From: Alphaproteobacteria bacterium
GTDB taxonomy: Bacteria > Pseudomonadota > Alphaproteobacteria > SP197
NCBI GenBank assembly: GCA_964291265.2
Contig: OZ219747.1
Location: 1,504,001 to 1,568,000 of the forward strand
Length of the DNA stretch: 64,000 bases
Direction: 5' to 3'
Positions 50,535-60,694 of the stretch are shown here, piece after piece. Under the pieces are notes generated by a model. That model was not told where the DNA came from and did no database searches. It saw only the letters and a program-made list of their open reading frames with translations. The translations under genes and the position numbers were made by a program. Each line of letters opens with the position of its first letter. Position 1 is the first letter of the stretch.

Positions 50535-51569
50535 CTACGCCGCCAGGCTGTAGAGCCTTATCGGCTCGGACCGGCCGCGCAGTTCGATCGATCCGAGGTC
50601 GGTGAAATCGCACCCGGCGACGCCAGCGAGCCGGTCGGCAAGGTCTGCCGAGATGAGAATGTCCGCGTCGAGATCCTTGCAGGCGACTTCGATGCGCGCC
50701 GTCGTGTTCACGGTATCGCCGAGGTACACGATGGCCTGCTTCACCAGCCCCATTTCGCCCGCCGCCACCGTTCCAACATGAAGGGCGGCGCGAATCCTCG
50801 GCTCCACGCCGTAGGCTTTCGCATAGGCGTCACTCTGTGCTTCCAGGGCCCGGCGGATATTGCCGAAACAGTGCACGCAGCGCCCCTGTTTCAGGCCGCG
50901 CTCGGGTTTCCAGGTGACGATGATTTCGTCGCCGACATAGTCGTGGATCTCGCCGTGCGCGGCCAGGATCGGTTCCGTGGCGTCGCGAATGAAATCGTTC
51001 AGCAGCCGGTGGAACGCGACATGGCCGATGCGCTCGGCCATTGCGGTCGAGCCGACCAGATCGACGAACATGAAAATCCGCTCTTCCTCGCGCGGGCGGT
51101 AATAGTAGCCGGTGAGGAACTTGACGAGCACGCCGCGGCCCAGCATCTGGCCGATCCTGACGACGGCGTTGGCTGCGATGCTGGCGGCAAACGAAGCCGC
51201 GACGGCGATCAGGAAATCGGCCTCCCGCCAGCCCCACCCTTCGAACCCGACGCCCATGACGAGAAAGCCCGAACGGATCACCAAGGCAAAGACCGCGAGA
51301 TAGAACGCCGAGCGCAGAAGGACGTTGACGAGGAACGGGGCGCGGTTGAGCCAGGACCGCGCTGCGGCGCGCCGCGAATGCAATTCGAAGCCGGCGATGA
51401 GCAGGCTGATCAGAAAGCCGTTCCAGGCGCCGATCATCGCCGGCCGGGGATCGACCATGACATTCCAGCCGGTCATGGCGGAGCCGAAGGCGGCGCCGCC
51501 GAGCGTCGAACACCCCACGACGAAGGCGAGGGTTCGAAGGCCGTTCCGGTCCGTCGCGGTCAGGCGCAT
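50535..51569 (-). CDS. Membrane-bound class III adenylate/guanylate cyclase
   Basis: About four TM segments; FMFVDLVGST, DYVGDEI, GDTVNTTARIE. Confidence 0.9.
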   Translation of the reverse strand: MRLTATDRNGLRTLAFVVGCSTLGGAAFGSAMTGWNVMVDPRPAMIGAWNGFLISLLIAGFELHSRRAAARSWLNRAPFLVNVLLRSAFYLAVFALVIRSGFLVMGVGFEGWGWREADFLIAVAASFAASIAANAVVRIGQMLGRGVLVKFLTGYYYRPREEERIFMFVDLVGSTAMAERIGHVAFHRLLNDFIRDATEPILAAHGEIHDYVGDEIIVTWKPERGLKQGRCVHCFGNIRRALEAQSDAYAKAYGVEPRIRAALHVGTVAAGEMGLVKQAIVYLGDTVNTTARIEVACKDLDADILISADLADRLAGVAGCDFTDLGSIELRGRSEPIRLYSLAA

Positions 51570-51613
51570 GTCGCACTGCTCCCCGATCTGTCGCGCTGCC
51601 TGTGCACGAGTGC

Positions 51614-53137
51614 CTAGCCGCTGACGAAAGCGCCGTGGAAGCCGAACGGCAGCGGATAGGGCAGCCATGCCTGGGCGACGGGACCGGCCGCGACGGCCCG
51701 CGCGTCGAACAGCGACAGGCCGGTTACCCCCTTCTTCCAGTCCAGCACCGTGCCGATCAGCCAGCCGTCGTCCTCGCGCCGGCCGCCCGGTTTCGGTACG
51801 AAGACATGCTCCTCCGTGATCAGGCCGGGGCCGTAGTCGAAGCTCTCCGCCTCGCCGCGTTCGAGGTCGCGCTTGACCACGGTGCGGAAGCGCCAGCCAT
51901 CCGGATTGTCCGGGACGCCCAGCGTGTAGACAAAGCGGTGCCGCCGGCCGACGACAGCGGGTGCCACCTTGGCGAACTCCGCTTCGTCCCCAGGGTTTTG
52001 GATCCGGCCGTCGCCCTTCGGCGGCAGGACGATCCGGGCATAACGCAGCGGCGCCGAGGGGCGGAACTCGCCCTTCATCGCATAGCGCAGCGTTTCGGTG
52101 ACGATGCCGGGGTCGTCGGCGAGGCAATGGTCGAGCCGGATCGTGCCGTCGGCCTCTTCCCAGCCGTTGCCGTAATGGAAGCCGAAACAGGCCGGAAGGG
52201 CATGCCAGCGGCGCTTGCCGAAATCGGCCTTGTCGACCACCAGTGCGCGGGTTTCCGTCCGCGGATTCCAGACATGGCCGTCCAGAATGCTCGCATTTGC
52301 CGCCCGTGCAGGATCGAAGAGGAACGGCTGGATCAGGATCACCAGCGACTTGTGCGTGACGACGAAATCGTGGATCAGCCCCATCGGTCCGGCGTCGACC
52401 AAGGCGGCTTTCACCAGCCTGCCGTTGCTGTCGATATGGTAGAGCACGAGCGCCGGCCGCGGCAGCAGCGCGCAGCCGATGTTCCACAGGGTGCCGTCGG
52501 GATCCACTTTCGGATGGGCCGAGAAGGGGACGCCGCCGAGGTGCGGACTCCAGCTCTTGAAGCCGCGCGTCGCCAGCGTCGCCTCGTCGAGCCGCGTCGC
52601 GGAGCCGCCCTCCCACAGCGCCAGCAGTTCGCCGCCGTGATGCAGGACGGAGATGTTCGCGGCATTCAGGTTGTCCGGCCCGCGGACCGGCGCGGCGCCT
52701 TCCAGATGGGTGCCGTAGCCGTTGTAGAGCCGCCGGCCGGCCGCGTCCTCCCGGTCGAGCTTCGGTGTGCGGACAACGCGTCCGCGATGAGCGATCCAGC
52801 CGCCGTCGAGGGCGAATTCCTGGATCATGCCGTCGCCGTCGAACCAGTGCCGGTAGCGCATGCCGAACCGGTCGTGGATCGACGGGCCGTTGCGGAAAAA
52901 GCGGCCTTTCAGCCCGGCGGGCCATGTGCCCGTGACGGCGAGTGACGCGCTGTCCAGGCGGTCCGGCGGCGTCTTCCAGCCGAGCAGCATCGGGTTGCGC
53001 CCGAGGGCCGCGGCGAAGACCTCGCCCCAATCGCTGCCGGATGCCGAGAGCGCCGGCCCAGAGGGCGCGAGGCCGACCGCGACGAAAGCTGCCGAAGCGG
53101 CGAGGAAGGCGCGGCGCGGAACTTCTCCGCCGGTCAT
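51614..53137 (-). CDS. Carotenoid oxygenase (RPE65/CCD family) with a Tat signal peptide
   Basis: PRRAFL twin-arginine leader; FRNGP, HWFDGDG, FSAHP, IHDF, FHYGN, FGFHG. Confidence 0.9.
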   Translation of the reverse strand: MTGGEVPRRAFLAASAAFVAVGLAPSGPALSASGSDWGEVFAAALGRNPMLLGWKTPPDRLDSASLAVTGTWPAGLKGRFFRNGPSIHDRFGMRYRHWFDGDGMIQEFALDGGWIAHRGRVVRTPKLDREDAAGRRLYNGYGTHLEGAAPVRGPDNLNAANISVLHHGGELLALWEGGSATRLDEATLATRGFKSWSPHLGGVPFSAHPKVDPDGTLWNIGCALLPRPALVLYHIDSNGRLVKAALVDAGPMGLIHDFVVTHKSLVILIQPFLFDPARAANASILDGHVWNPRTETRALVVDKADFGKRRWHALPACFGFHYGNGWEEADGTIRLDHCLADDPGIVTETLRYAMKGEFRPSAPLRYARIVLPPKGDGRIQNPGDEAEFAKVAPAVVGRRHRFVYTLGVPDNPDGWRFRTVVKRDLERGEAESFDYGPGLITEEHVFVPKPGGRREDDGWLIGTVLDWKKGVTGLSLFDARAVAAGPVAQAWLPYPLPFGFHGAFVSG

Positions 53138-53628
53138 CGGTTGCTCTCCCGCTCCGGCGTTCCGGCGGAACCGGCATAGTCGATCGGCAGCCGGATCGTC
53201 GCCGCTTCCTTGAGGACGATCGAGGACGCATCGAAGCTCGCCGGGCCGAACAGTCCGGTCGCGCCATTGCCGAATCCGTAGCCTTCTGTCGGAATACCGA
53301 GCAGGTTGGTATCGAGGTCGCCGTCGTCGTCGGTATCGTGAAATCCGTTGACGGCGTAGCGGCCGGGCTCCAGCCCGGCGAAGGTGACGCTGAAGCCGCC
53401 CCTGCGTGCCGCGAACCAGACGCCGGCAACCGCGCCTCTCTGGTCGGGGAACTTCACGTCGGCGTCGGTGTGGTGCAGGGCGACGTAGATCCGACCCTGG
53501 TCGGAATTGACGCCGCTCACGGCGATCGTCAGTTCGGCCTGCACCGCGCTGCCTTTCTCCGCCGCCGCCATGACCGGCAGCCCGGTGAGAATGGCGCCGG
53601 CGGCGAGAACAGTGAAAATGTGCTTCAT
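53134..53628 (-). CDS. DUF2141 secreted protein
   Basis: Signal peptide; PGRYAV..FHDTDDDGDLDTNLLGIPTEGYGFGN; ATGA overlap with the oxygenase. Confidence 0.85.
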   Translation of the reverse strand: MKHIFTVLAAGAILTGLPVMAAAEKGSAVQAELTIAVSGVNSDQGRIYVALHHTDADVKFPDQRGAVAGVWFAARRGGFSVTFAGLEPGRYAVNGFHDTDDDGDLDTNLLGIPTEGYGFGNGATGLFGPASFDASSIVLKEAATIRLPIDYAGSAGTPERESNR

Positions 53629-54101
53629 GACTGGGTGCTCCTTTTCGAGTGCGCACTGTGCGTGAATGAATGGAGCACGGCGGACGGAGATGGCCAACGG
53701 CGGCTACGCAAACGGGCCGGAAACTTCGCGAACGGTGCGGGAAACGCCGTTCGCGCTTCGCGAATGGCTCACCTGGTGAGCGGAGGTGCTGGTATCTGGC
53801 CACGTTCACCGTTGTGACTCTGGTCCCCGGCCATCTGGCACCTGCGTTGGTGGTCGTTCCACGGACGGATGGCCTGCGTCCCGCCAGCGACGGCGCGGTT
53901 CAGCGGTAAGCCTGCCGACCATCGCCTGCGTCCTTGATCGTCCGGGGAATCATCAAGAAACCGATGCGGCAGTCAGGCGGTGCCCTTTCATCGGGTCCAC
54001 CCGCTGCGGAATGGCCAGACAGCGCTGTGCTCCTGCTGGAACGGCTACCAGCTGATCGAACATCTGCGCCCGGAGATGGCGGGCTGTGTCGTCTTGACGC
54101 T

Positions 54102-54773
54102 TCATTCGAGGACGCTGAGAACCTCAGTGCCTCGCTTGACGACAACGCGCCTTACGTGGTCGCGGATGTCGTCGACCGAATGATCGACGGCCAGTTCAAC
54201 CACGCGCTCCTGACGACCTCGCCGTTTGCGCCAGTGAGCGTAGGGATAATCGCGGATGCGCGCGAAGATCGTCTCGTCCCTGGAATGCGGCATCGGCTTG
54301 GTGCAACCGCTGTTGATGGGACAGAGCCAAATCGCCTCCCGATGTGCTTCAATCAGCGACATGGTATCGACTTCGAGAACATCGTGCTCCCGATCACGAT
54401 AGGCTCTGGCTCCGGTCAGTTTGTGGAGGCGTTCTTCCGAAAGCCAGAAGAAGGCCTTGGCGTTCAGCAATTCATACCAGTCCACCGGAGAAAGGCGGTC
54501 GGGCAGAGCCCTTTCAAGACCCGAATCGCTCATGGGCATTTGGTCGCGTACAACGGCTCGAGGCAGACCGACACCCGTCAGTTCAATGCTTTCCGGTCGG
54601 TGTCGGCTTTCGATCTCGGTCCGTTCTGGTGGCTCGACAGCGTAGAGATCCAGGAGGGCGCTGGTGCTCAGCAGGCCGTAACACTTGATCGATTCCCATG
54701 AACCCCGCTCCGCCATGTGATACAGCGTGGGACAGTCGGTCAACAGCTCGTCAAGTTCCGCTTCGGTCACCAC
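54102..54773 (-). CDS. Hypothetical protein with DarT-like ADP-ribosyltransferase-fold motifs
   Basis: LYHM...SI..YGLLS N-terminal motif, AFFW, INSG, C-terminal VVEL; GGAG RBS before GTG. Confidence 0.55.
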   Translation of the reverse strand: MVTEAELDELLTDCPTLYHMAERGSWESIKCYGLLSTSALLDLYAVEPPERTEIESRHRPESIELTGVGLPRAVVRDQMPMSDSGLERALPDRLSPVDWYELLNAKAFFWLSEERLHKLTGARAYRDREHDVLEVDTMSLIEAHREAIWLCPINSGCTKPMPHSRDETIFARIRDYPYAHWRKRRGRQERVVELAVDHSVDDIRDHVRRVVVKRGTEVLSVLE

Positions 54774-55521
54774 GCTCTCCGATCAATGACGTTGCGCCAG
54801 TTGAAATCCGGTCGACATGATGTTCTTTCGACCTCCTCCACGAAGCTGATGGCGTCCTCGAAAGGCTGCCCAAGGCAACAGGTCCTTCACGTGTTGACCT
54901 CGCGATCATCGACATGATTCTGGTGGGTGACAGCTGCAGCGCCGTCACCCACCAGAATCATGGTGTGATCGACTCCTTGCTGTCTCAGCATTGCCCTTCA
55001 ACGGCAGTTCCGGCATTCACGACGGTGCACGCGGCAAGAAGATCCTGCTTGCAGGGAGCGTTGCTGTCCACTGCGTGGTGGCGGAGGGTGAACTGGATTG
55101 ATGCTGATCAAACCCGTTCTTTCCGTTCTTGTTGCGGGTGCTGAGGTCGGAGACGATGACGCCGTCGGTTTCCTGAAAACCTGTGTCGAGGACTGCACCG
55201 CCATTGATCACGCCGCCGCACAGGTAACCGGCGGCAGCCTCAAGGTCGTTGTCACCGTCATGGACGCCACCGATGGACCGTTCGCCTTGCGAGCGCATTG
55301 ACCGTGACCTGTGATGTCACGTCGAAGGCCCTTGGACAGGATTCCACGCTGGAATCGCCCTGCGTGGCCGGGGATGCCGCGGATCAGTGGTATGCAATGT
55401 TGCGGGCGCGTTGGTCGGCGTGGCCGGTTCATGTACCCATGATGTCAGCCAGCTATCCAGACGGCGGCTCGGTCGCCATGATGACGGACTGCGCCTGGCG
55501 CCGCCAGGCAGAAAGGAAAGG

Positions 55522-56337
55522 ATGACAGTCATGACCAGTGAAGTGCTGTGCGGGATTGAAGGCAAGGTTGCCACGTTGACCATCAACCGGGCGTCGAAGA
55601 TGAACTCCATCAATCCGCCGTTCATGAAGGAACTCTCCGATGCCCTTCGGGAACTCGACGACAACCCCGGTGTATCGGTCATCGTCCTGACCGGTGCGGG
55701 ATCGCACTTTGGAGCGGGATATGATCTGAAGTATGCTTGGGGCGAGACCTATGGGCGGGGTCCGATGGGTGCGCGCAAGATGCTGAAGGACTGCGCGGAC
55801 TTCGAGTTCGGGCCCTGGGACTGTTCGAAACCGGTCATCGCCATGGTGCGGGGATACTGCCTTGCCGGGTCGTGCGAACTCGCCATGATGTGCTGCATCA
55901 CCTACGCCAGCGACACAGCGATGTTCGGCGAACCGGAAATCCGCTTCTCGACGGCTCCGCCGGCAGTCATCATGCCCTGGATCATCGGTCTCAAGCGGAC
56001 CCGTGAACTCCTCTACACCGGTGACATGATCACGGCAGAGGAGGCGCGCGATTTCGGCATGGTGAACAAGGTGTTTCCCGATGACCGCCTCGAGGAGGAG
56101 ACCATGCGCTATGCCCGACGGGCGGCAGCCATCTCCCTTGAAGGCCTGCAGACCACCAAGGCCGCCATCAACCAGGGAGCCGAGATCGCCGGCCTGAGAA
56201 GCGCCATCACGTATGGCGTCGAAGTGGGCGGCATCCTCGATTCGGCCGAGACGGAGCAGTACAGGCAGTTCGAGGCGGTGAAGAAGGAAAAGGGGCTGAG
56301 TGCCGCCATCAGGTGGCGGGAAAGCCAGTTCGAGTAG
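55522..56337 (+). CDS. Enoyl-CoA hydratase/isomerase family protein
   Basis: LTINR..KMN, FGAGYDL, KPVIAMVRGYCLAGSCEL, FGEPEI. Confidence 0.9.
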   Translation: MTVMTSEVLCGIEGKVATLTINRASKMNSINPPFMKELSDALRELDDNPGVSVIVLTGAGSHFGAGYDLKYAWGETYGRGPMGARKMLKDCADFEFGPWDCSKPVIAMVRGYCLAGSCELAMMCCITYASDTAMFGEPEIRFSTAPPAVIMPWIIGLKRTRELLYTGDMITAEEARDFGMVNKVFPDDRLEEETMRYARRAAAISLEGLQTTKAAINQGAEIAGLRSAITYGVEVGGILDSAETEQYRQFEAVKKEKGLSAAIRWRESQFE

Positions 56338-56418
56338 GCAGCATCCACCATCGACACAGGGTTCGCTGTCGAGCGCTCCTGGGTCCTGACAGTCGCGTCT
56401 TGCGACCGCAAGGGGAGG

Positions 56419-56943
56419 CTATTGCGGGACCGTCCGGGGATCCACGCCCCACAGGGTCTCCATCGCCATCCATCCCCTGGTGCCGGCAACGGTGACCTGA
56501 CACCAGCCTCCCTCGCAGGGTCCGAGCTTGGCGATGACGCCAGGCTCCGCCCGGAAGACAGGAGCACTTGCCGCATCGGGACGGTCGTGGGCGGTTGCCA
56601 GCGTTGATCCGGCGACGATCACGGTCCGTGTGCCCGACAGCATCACCCGGTGAATCCAGCCCTCCTCTCCGTCGACGTCGCGGACAAGGCGCCAGACATG
56701 CTTCTCATCGGTGATCTGGATCGGCATGTCCTTGCGCACATAGACCCACTTGACCGGATAGTCCTTGCCCGGCCCGACACGCATGTAGACCTCGTCAGCC
56801 TTGAGCGAGGCGAACCGTGGCAACGCCGCCGGATCGTCGGCCGCCAGGGGATGCGCCAGGGCGACGCAGAGACCAAGGCACGGCAGCAGGAACAACGCTC
56901 CGCGTTGCCTGTCGGCCCGGCATCTGGTAGGAATCGCGGCCAC
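56419..56943 (-). CDS. Bacterial SH3-domain protein (SH3_4/DUF1058 type); start uncertain
   Basis: LPRFASLKADEVYMRVGPG.DYP, GEEGWIH, GTRGWM...LWGV. Confidence 0.82.
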   Translation of the reverse strand: MAAIPTRCRADRQRGALFLLPCLGLCVALAHPLAADDPAALPRFASLKADEVYMRVGPGKDYPVKWVYVRKDMPIQITDEKHVWRLVRDVDGEEGWIHRVMLSGTRTVIVAGSTLATAHDRPDAASAPVFRAEPGVIAKLGPCEGGWCQVTVAGTRGWMAMETLWGVDPRTVPQ

Positions 56944-56986
56944 GGGAGCTCGCTTGTTCCCGGTCGTCAAGGCAGTGAAACAGCAC

Positions 56987-57976
56987 ATGGCCCGACCCAG
57001 AAAACCCGTTGTCATTGTCACCAGAAAACTCCCCGACGTCATCGAAACGCGCATGATGGAGTTGTTCGACACCAGGCTCAATGACGATGATCATCCCATG
57101 CCGCGTGAGGAGCTGGTCGAGGCGGTCAGAACGGCCGACATTCTCGTGCCGACGCTCACCGACCGGATCGACAAGGGCATTCTGGCGCAGGCTGGCGATA
57201 GCTTGAGACTGATCGCGAACTTCGGCACCGGCGTCGACCACATTGACCTTGCCGCGGCCCGCGAACGGGGTGTCACCGTCACCAACACGCCCGGCGTCCT
57301 CACGGAAGACACCGCCGACATGACGATGGCCCTCATCCTCGATGTGATTCGCCGGGTAAGTCAGGGGGAACGGCTGATTCGCAACGGCATGTGGTCAGGA
57401 TGGAGTCCCACCCATATGCTTGGCCACCGCCTGTGGGGCAAGCGCCTCGGTATCGTCGGCATGGGACGTATCGGTTCGGCGGTGGCGCGGCGCGCCAGGG
57501 GGTTCGGCCTGTCGATCCACTACCACAACCGGCGGCGGTTGCCGGACTATGCCGAACAGGAGCTCGAGGCGACCTGGTGGGAGAGTCTCGACCAGATGCT
57601 GGCCCGCATGGACATCGTCTCCGTCAACTGTCCCCACACGCCGGCGACATTCCATCTCCTGTCGGCCCGCCGCCTCAAGTTGCTGAAACCCACATCCGTC
57701 ATCGTCAACACCTCGCGCGGCGAGGTCATCGACGAGCAGGCGATGATTCGCATGCTCAAGGCCAACCAGATCGCCGGGGCCGGTCTCGATGTCTTCGAGC
57801 ACGAGCCTGCAGTCAGTCCGATGCTCATGGCCCTCGAGAACGTGGTGCTCCTGCCTCACATGGGCTCGGCGACGATCGAAGGCCGGATCGACATGGGCGA
57901 GAAGGTCCTCATCAACATCAAGACCTTCGCCGACGGCCACAAACCACCCGATCGCGTCATCGACACGCTCCTCTAA
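56987..57976 (+). CDS. D-2-hydroxyacid dehydrogenase (glyoxylate reductase/D-glycerate dehydrogenase)
   Basis: NFGTGVDHID, GIVGMGRIG, NTSRG, GLDVFEHEP, LPHMGSAT. Confidence 0.92.
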   Translation: MARPRKPVVIVTRKLPDVIETRMMELFDTRLNDDDHPMPREELVEAVRTADILVPTLTDRIDKGILAQAGDSLRLIANFGTGVDHIDLAAARERGVTVTNTPGVLTEDTADMTMALILDVIRRVSQGERLIRNGMWSGWSPTHMLGHRLWGKRLGIVGMGRIGSAVARRARGFGLSIHYHNRRRLPDYAEQELEATWWESLDQMLARMDIVSVNCPHTPATFHLLSARRLKLLKPTSVIVNTSRGEVIDEQAMIRMLKANQIAGAGLDVFEHEPAVSPMLMALENVVLLPHMGSATIEGRIDMGEKVLINIKTFADGHKPPDRVIDTLL

Positions 57977-57985
57977 GCACCCATC

Positions 57986-58936
57986 TCACGGCGCGTCTCG
58001 TGTTTCCTGTTGCTGGAAACGATCGGGAAACTGATTGACGAGATGACGGGCGTAGCTCACCCGCTCGCCCGATGGTGGTGCGACGACTGTATCGAAGTCG
58101 GGTTCGATGAAGATACCCATCGAACACCGATCGACATCCTCCCCGCCCAGAACCTGGTGCGGGGTGGCCTTCAGGCGCCGATTGCTCGGCACCTCCATGA
58201 GATCTCCGCAATGAACCGACAGTCCGTCGGCGACGACAGGCACGTCGCGCCATCTGCCGTCCGGTCCCTGCATCTGAAGCCCGCCGGTACGGTCCTGCCA
58301 GATGATGGAGAGAATGCCGGTATCGACGTGACAGTTCGTGATGACATGGGGACCCTCGTCGGTTCCGGTGACATCGCCGTGAAGGAGACGCAGGGTTGCA
58401 TTGCGCCCCCTTGCCGATGAAACCATGACGTCCTCGTCGAGACCCAGCCCCCGCGACACTGCGGCAAGCAGGGTCACGCCGACATCACGCAGGTCATTGA
58501 GCATGGCGAGAGTCGCCTTGCGCCAGCCCGGCCAGGGTTCGTCCCCTGGCCAGATGTTGGGTTCGCGAAAGGACCCGGCGCCCGGCACGTCCGGCGATGT
58601 CATCGGCGGTTCAGGACCGACATCGAAGGATTCCCGCCTCGACCACGATTCGTTCTCCGTCATTGGATAGTAGCCCCGGTAGATGTTCCGGTTCTGCGGA
58701 CGGAAGCGGCTGACGGCGCACGATTCCTTCGCAGCGTTCGTCATGCGGAAGAAGGCGCAGAGCCGGGAGGCCTGACAGTCGATGCCCGGCCAGGCGCCGC
58801 TGGCGACGAAGCTGCCATGTGTCTCGAGAGCGCGTGCAACGATACGGTCCGTCCGCTCGTTACGCGAGCGGGGTGACGTGCCGAAGAGCGGGCTGACATC
58901 GATGATGGGGGTCAACTCGCGGGTCGGGCGGTTCAT
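57986..58936 (-). CDS. 2OG-Fe(II) oxygenase, isopenicillin N synthase-like
   Basis: PIIDVSPL, YRGY, PNIWP, HVDTG, ATPHQV, RCS. Confidence 0.82.
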   Translation of the reverse strand: MNRPTRELTPIIDVSPLFGTSPRSRNERTDRIVARALETHGSFVASGAWPGIDCQASRLCAFFRMTNAAKESCAVSRFRPQNRNIYRGYYPMTENESWSRRESFDVGPEPPMTSPDVPGAGSFREPNIWPGDEPWPGWRKATLAMLNDLRDVGVTLLAAVSRGLGLDEDVMVSSARGRNATLRLLHGDVTGTDEGPHVITNCHVDTGILSIIWQDRTGGLQMQGPDGRWRDVPVVADGLSVHCGDLMEVPSNRRLKATPHQVLGGEDVDRCSMGIFIEPDFDTVVAPPSGERVSYARHLVNQFPDRFQQQETRDAP

Positions 58937-58955
58937 CGGTGCCTCCCCTTCGCCT

Positions 58956-59345
58956 TCAGAAACTGACGATCTCGCCGTGGTCGATGGCATGGATGAGCGT
59001 CACGAGTCCTGCCACCTCGACTTCGGTGTCGTCACGCAGGGCGTTGGCATCCCATCCCGTTGCGCGCAGACCACTTTCACACACGATGAAGGACACATCG
59101 AGTGCTCGACATGCCTCAAGCAGGGTTTCGATATCGGCGACACCCCTTGCCTTCATGTCGCCATCGCGCGAGGCGCCGTCGAGTCGCCGCCATCCTTCAG
59201 AGCGCAGGAGGAGCGTAACGGCATCCATGGTGACAAAGAAGACAACCCGGCGATCGATGGAAGCGGCGGCCACTGCCGTCATCAGCGCAACGTGGACGCG
59301 GAGGTAGTCGCCCGAAAGGACGATGAGACCAAGGGGGGGCTTCAC
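58956..59345 (-). CDS. DsrE/DsrF-like family protein
   Basis: SGDYLRVH.AL...AAAS, FFVTM, FIVCESG, VAGLVT. Confidence 0.7.
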   Translation of the reverse strand: MKPPLGLIVLSGDYLRVHVALMTAVAAASIDRRVVFFVTMDAVTLLLRSEGWRRLDGASRDGDMKARGVADIETLLEACRALDVSFIVCESGLRATGWDANALRDDTEVEVAGLVTLIHAIDHGEIVSF

Positions 59346-59346
59346 G

Positions 59347-60381
59347 TCAACGGGCGACCTGTCGGTCGGGGTCAAACCAGGTTTCCGCGCGGCCGTCGAC
59401 GTGCATGCCGTCGTCTCCGTAGTAGCGCCCCTGGTTTGCGACGACGGGCCGGGGCGGGTCAGCTTTCAGCCACAGGCGCAGAAGGAGGCGTTTCCTGTCG
59501 TCCTGCGGCCAGTCCTCGAAGGCGGTGCGCGAATGGAGCACCGTGTAGTTGTTGATGAAGGAGGCCCACCCCGGGCGCAGGTGGAAGCGGAACTGCATCG
59601 CGTCGCGTTCGATCACCTGCGTGAACACGTCAAGGGCCTCGTTCTGCTGCACGTCGAGCGGAGTGCCGGTCTCCTCGGCCGCCATGCGGATGAACTCCCG
59701 CAGGAAGACACACGAGAGCCGGCCGTCCGCGTAGCCGAAGACGGGAACGGGGTAGTCCGTCACCGGCCCCTGGCCGGGAGGCTGTTCACCGAACCAGTGG
59801 TAGTGGTATCCGGCGAAGAGGGGTTCGAGAAGATCGGGCCGCTCGCGTACGATCTCGTTGTAGACGGCGACAGAACTCACTAGCCGGCTCTCGCCACCCG
59901 ACATCGCCTCGCGAAGGCACAGAAGGCTCACGATGTCGTCCGAATCCGTGTGGAGGTCGAGTTCCTTGGCGCTGCGGTATCCGCGTTCCCGCCTGCCGGG
60001 TTCCGACACGTCGGTCACATGACCGAGCCGGTCACCCATCGGACTCTGCGAGACCCCACGCCCGAAACCGGAGCCGAAGGCCCAGTAGGCCATGCCCAGT
60101 TCGTCATGGGTCATCTCGTCGATGGGCCATCCACGCACCAGGAGGAGACCGCGCCCCTCCATCAGTTCATGACGCAACGCCCCGAGGTCCTCCGCGATTT
60201 CCGGCATCGCAGTCTCCGCTTCGGTCAGTTCCTGAAGGGAGCGTCCGGATTTCCGTGCCCGGCGGATGACCGACCAAAGCGCATCCCTGTGCCGATCCTC
60301 GAGATCGAAGGAGACGTCATCGGGGCTGGCGAAATCGCTCCCCCTCCATGCGGACGGATGGTCGATGATGGCGGTGTGCAC
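59347..60381 (-). CDS. TauD/TfdA family dioxygenase
   Basis: SAWRG, LHTDSDD, LLCLR, NNYTVLHSRTAFED, RLLLRLW. Confidence 0.88.
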   Translation of the reverse strand: MHTAIIDHPSAWRGSDFASPDDVSFDLEDRHRDALWSVIRRARKSGRSLQELTEAETAMPEIAEDLGALRHELMEGRGLLLVRGWPIDEMTHDELGMAYWAFGSGFGRGVSQSPMGDRLGHVTDVSEPGRRERGYRSAKELDLHTDSDDIVSLLCLREAMSGGESRLVSSVAVYNEIVRERPDLLEPLFAGYHYHWFGEQPPGQGPVTDYPVPVFGYADGRLSCVFLREFIRMAAEETGTPLDVQQNEALDVFTQVIERDAMQFRFHLRPGWASFINNYTVLHSRTAFEDWPQDDRKRLLLRLWLKADPPRPVVANQGRYYGDDGMHVDGRAETWFDPDRQVAR

Positions 60382-60648
60382 GTCGTTGAGTCCCCGGCCT
60401 TGTCTGCAGGGCCAGTATGCGTCCGCGGTCAGGCAAATGCCAGACCGGACGCTTCCGGTTCAGGGAAGGGGATTGTCCTTGCATGGCTGCTGACGCCGGT
60501 TCTCCTGCGATATACGTTGTCGAAGCGGAAGCAGGCGCATTCCGCCCCCGGTTCTGCAGATGACCGCCCGAACATCGCGCGGTTTCTTGACGTTTCGCTG
60601 CCTACGTGACGACGTTGCCCGTTTCCTGGCGGTAGGCGGTCCCGGTGC

Positions 60649-60694
60649 ATGGCACGAACCAGCATCGATATCGATGACGAGACCTGCCTGGAGG
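60649..60694 (+). pseudogene. N-terminal stub of a VapB-like antitoxin cut by an IS66 end
   Basis: MARTSIDIDDE resembles the RTxIDIDD start of VapB antitoxins; abuts GTAACTGCCC at 60695. Confidence 0.4.

Noticed and set aside
50535-53429. 964-aa ORF as a giant cyclase
   Set aside because: Its first 620 codons overlap the oxygenase and DUF2141 genes in another frame and look like GC-rich shadow translation; the real start is 51569
54780-55500. Short ORFs upstream of the DarT-like gene as a possible antitoxin
   Set aside because: No recognisable macrodomain or NADAR motifs; ORFs are short and conflicting
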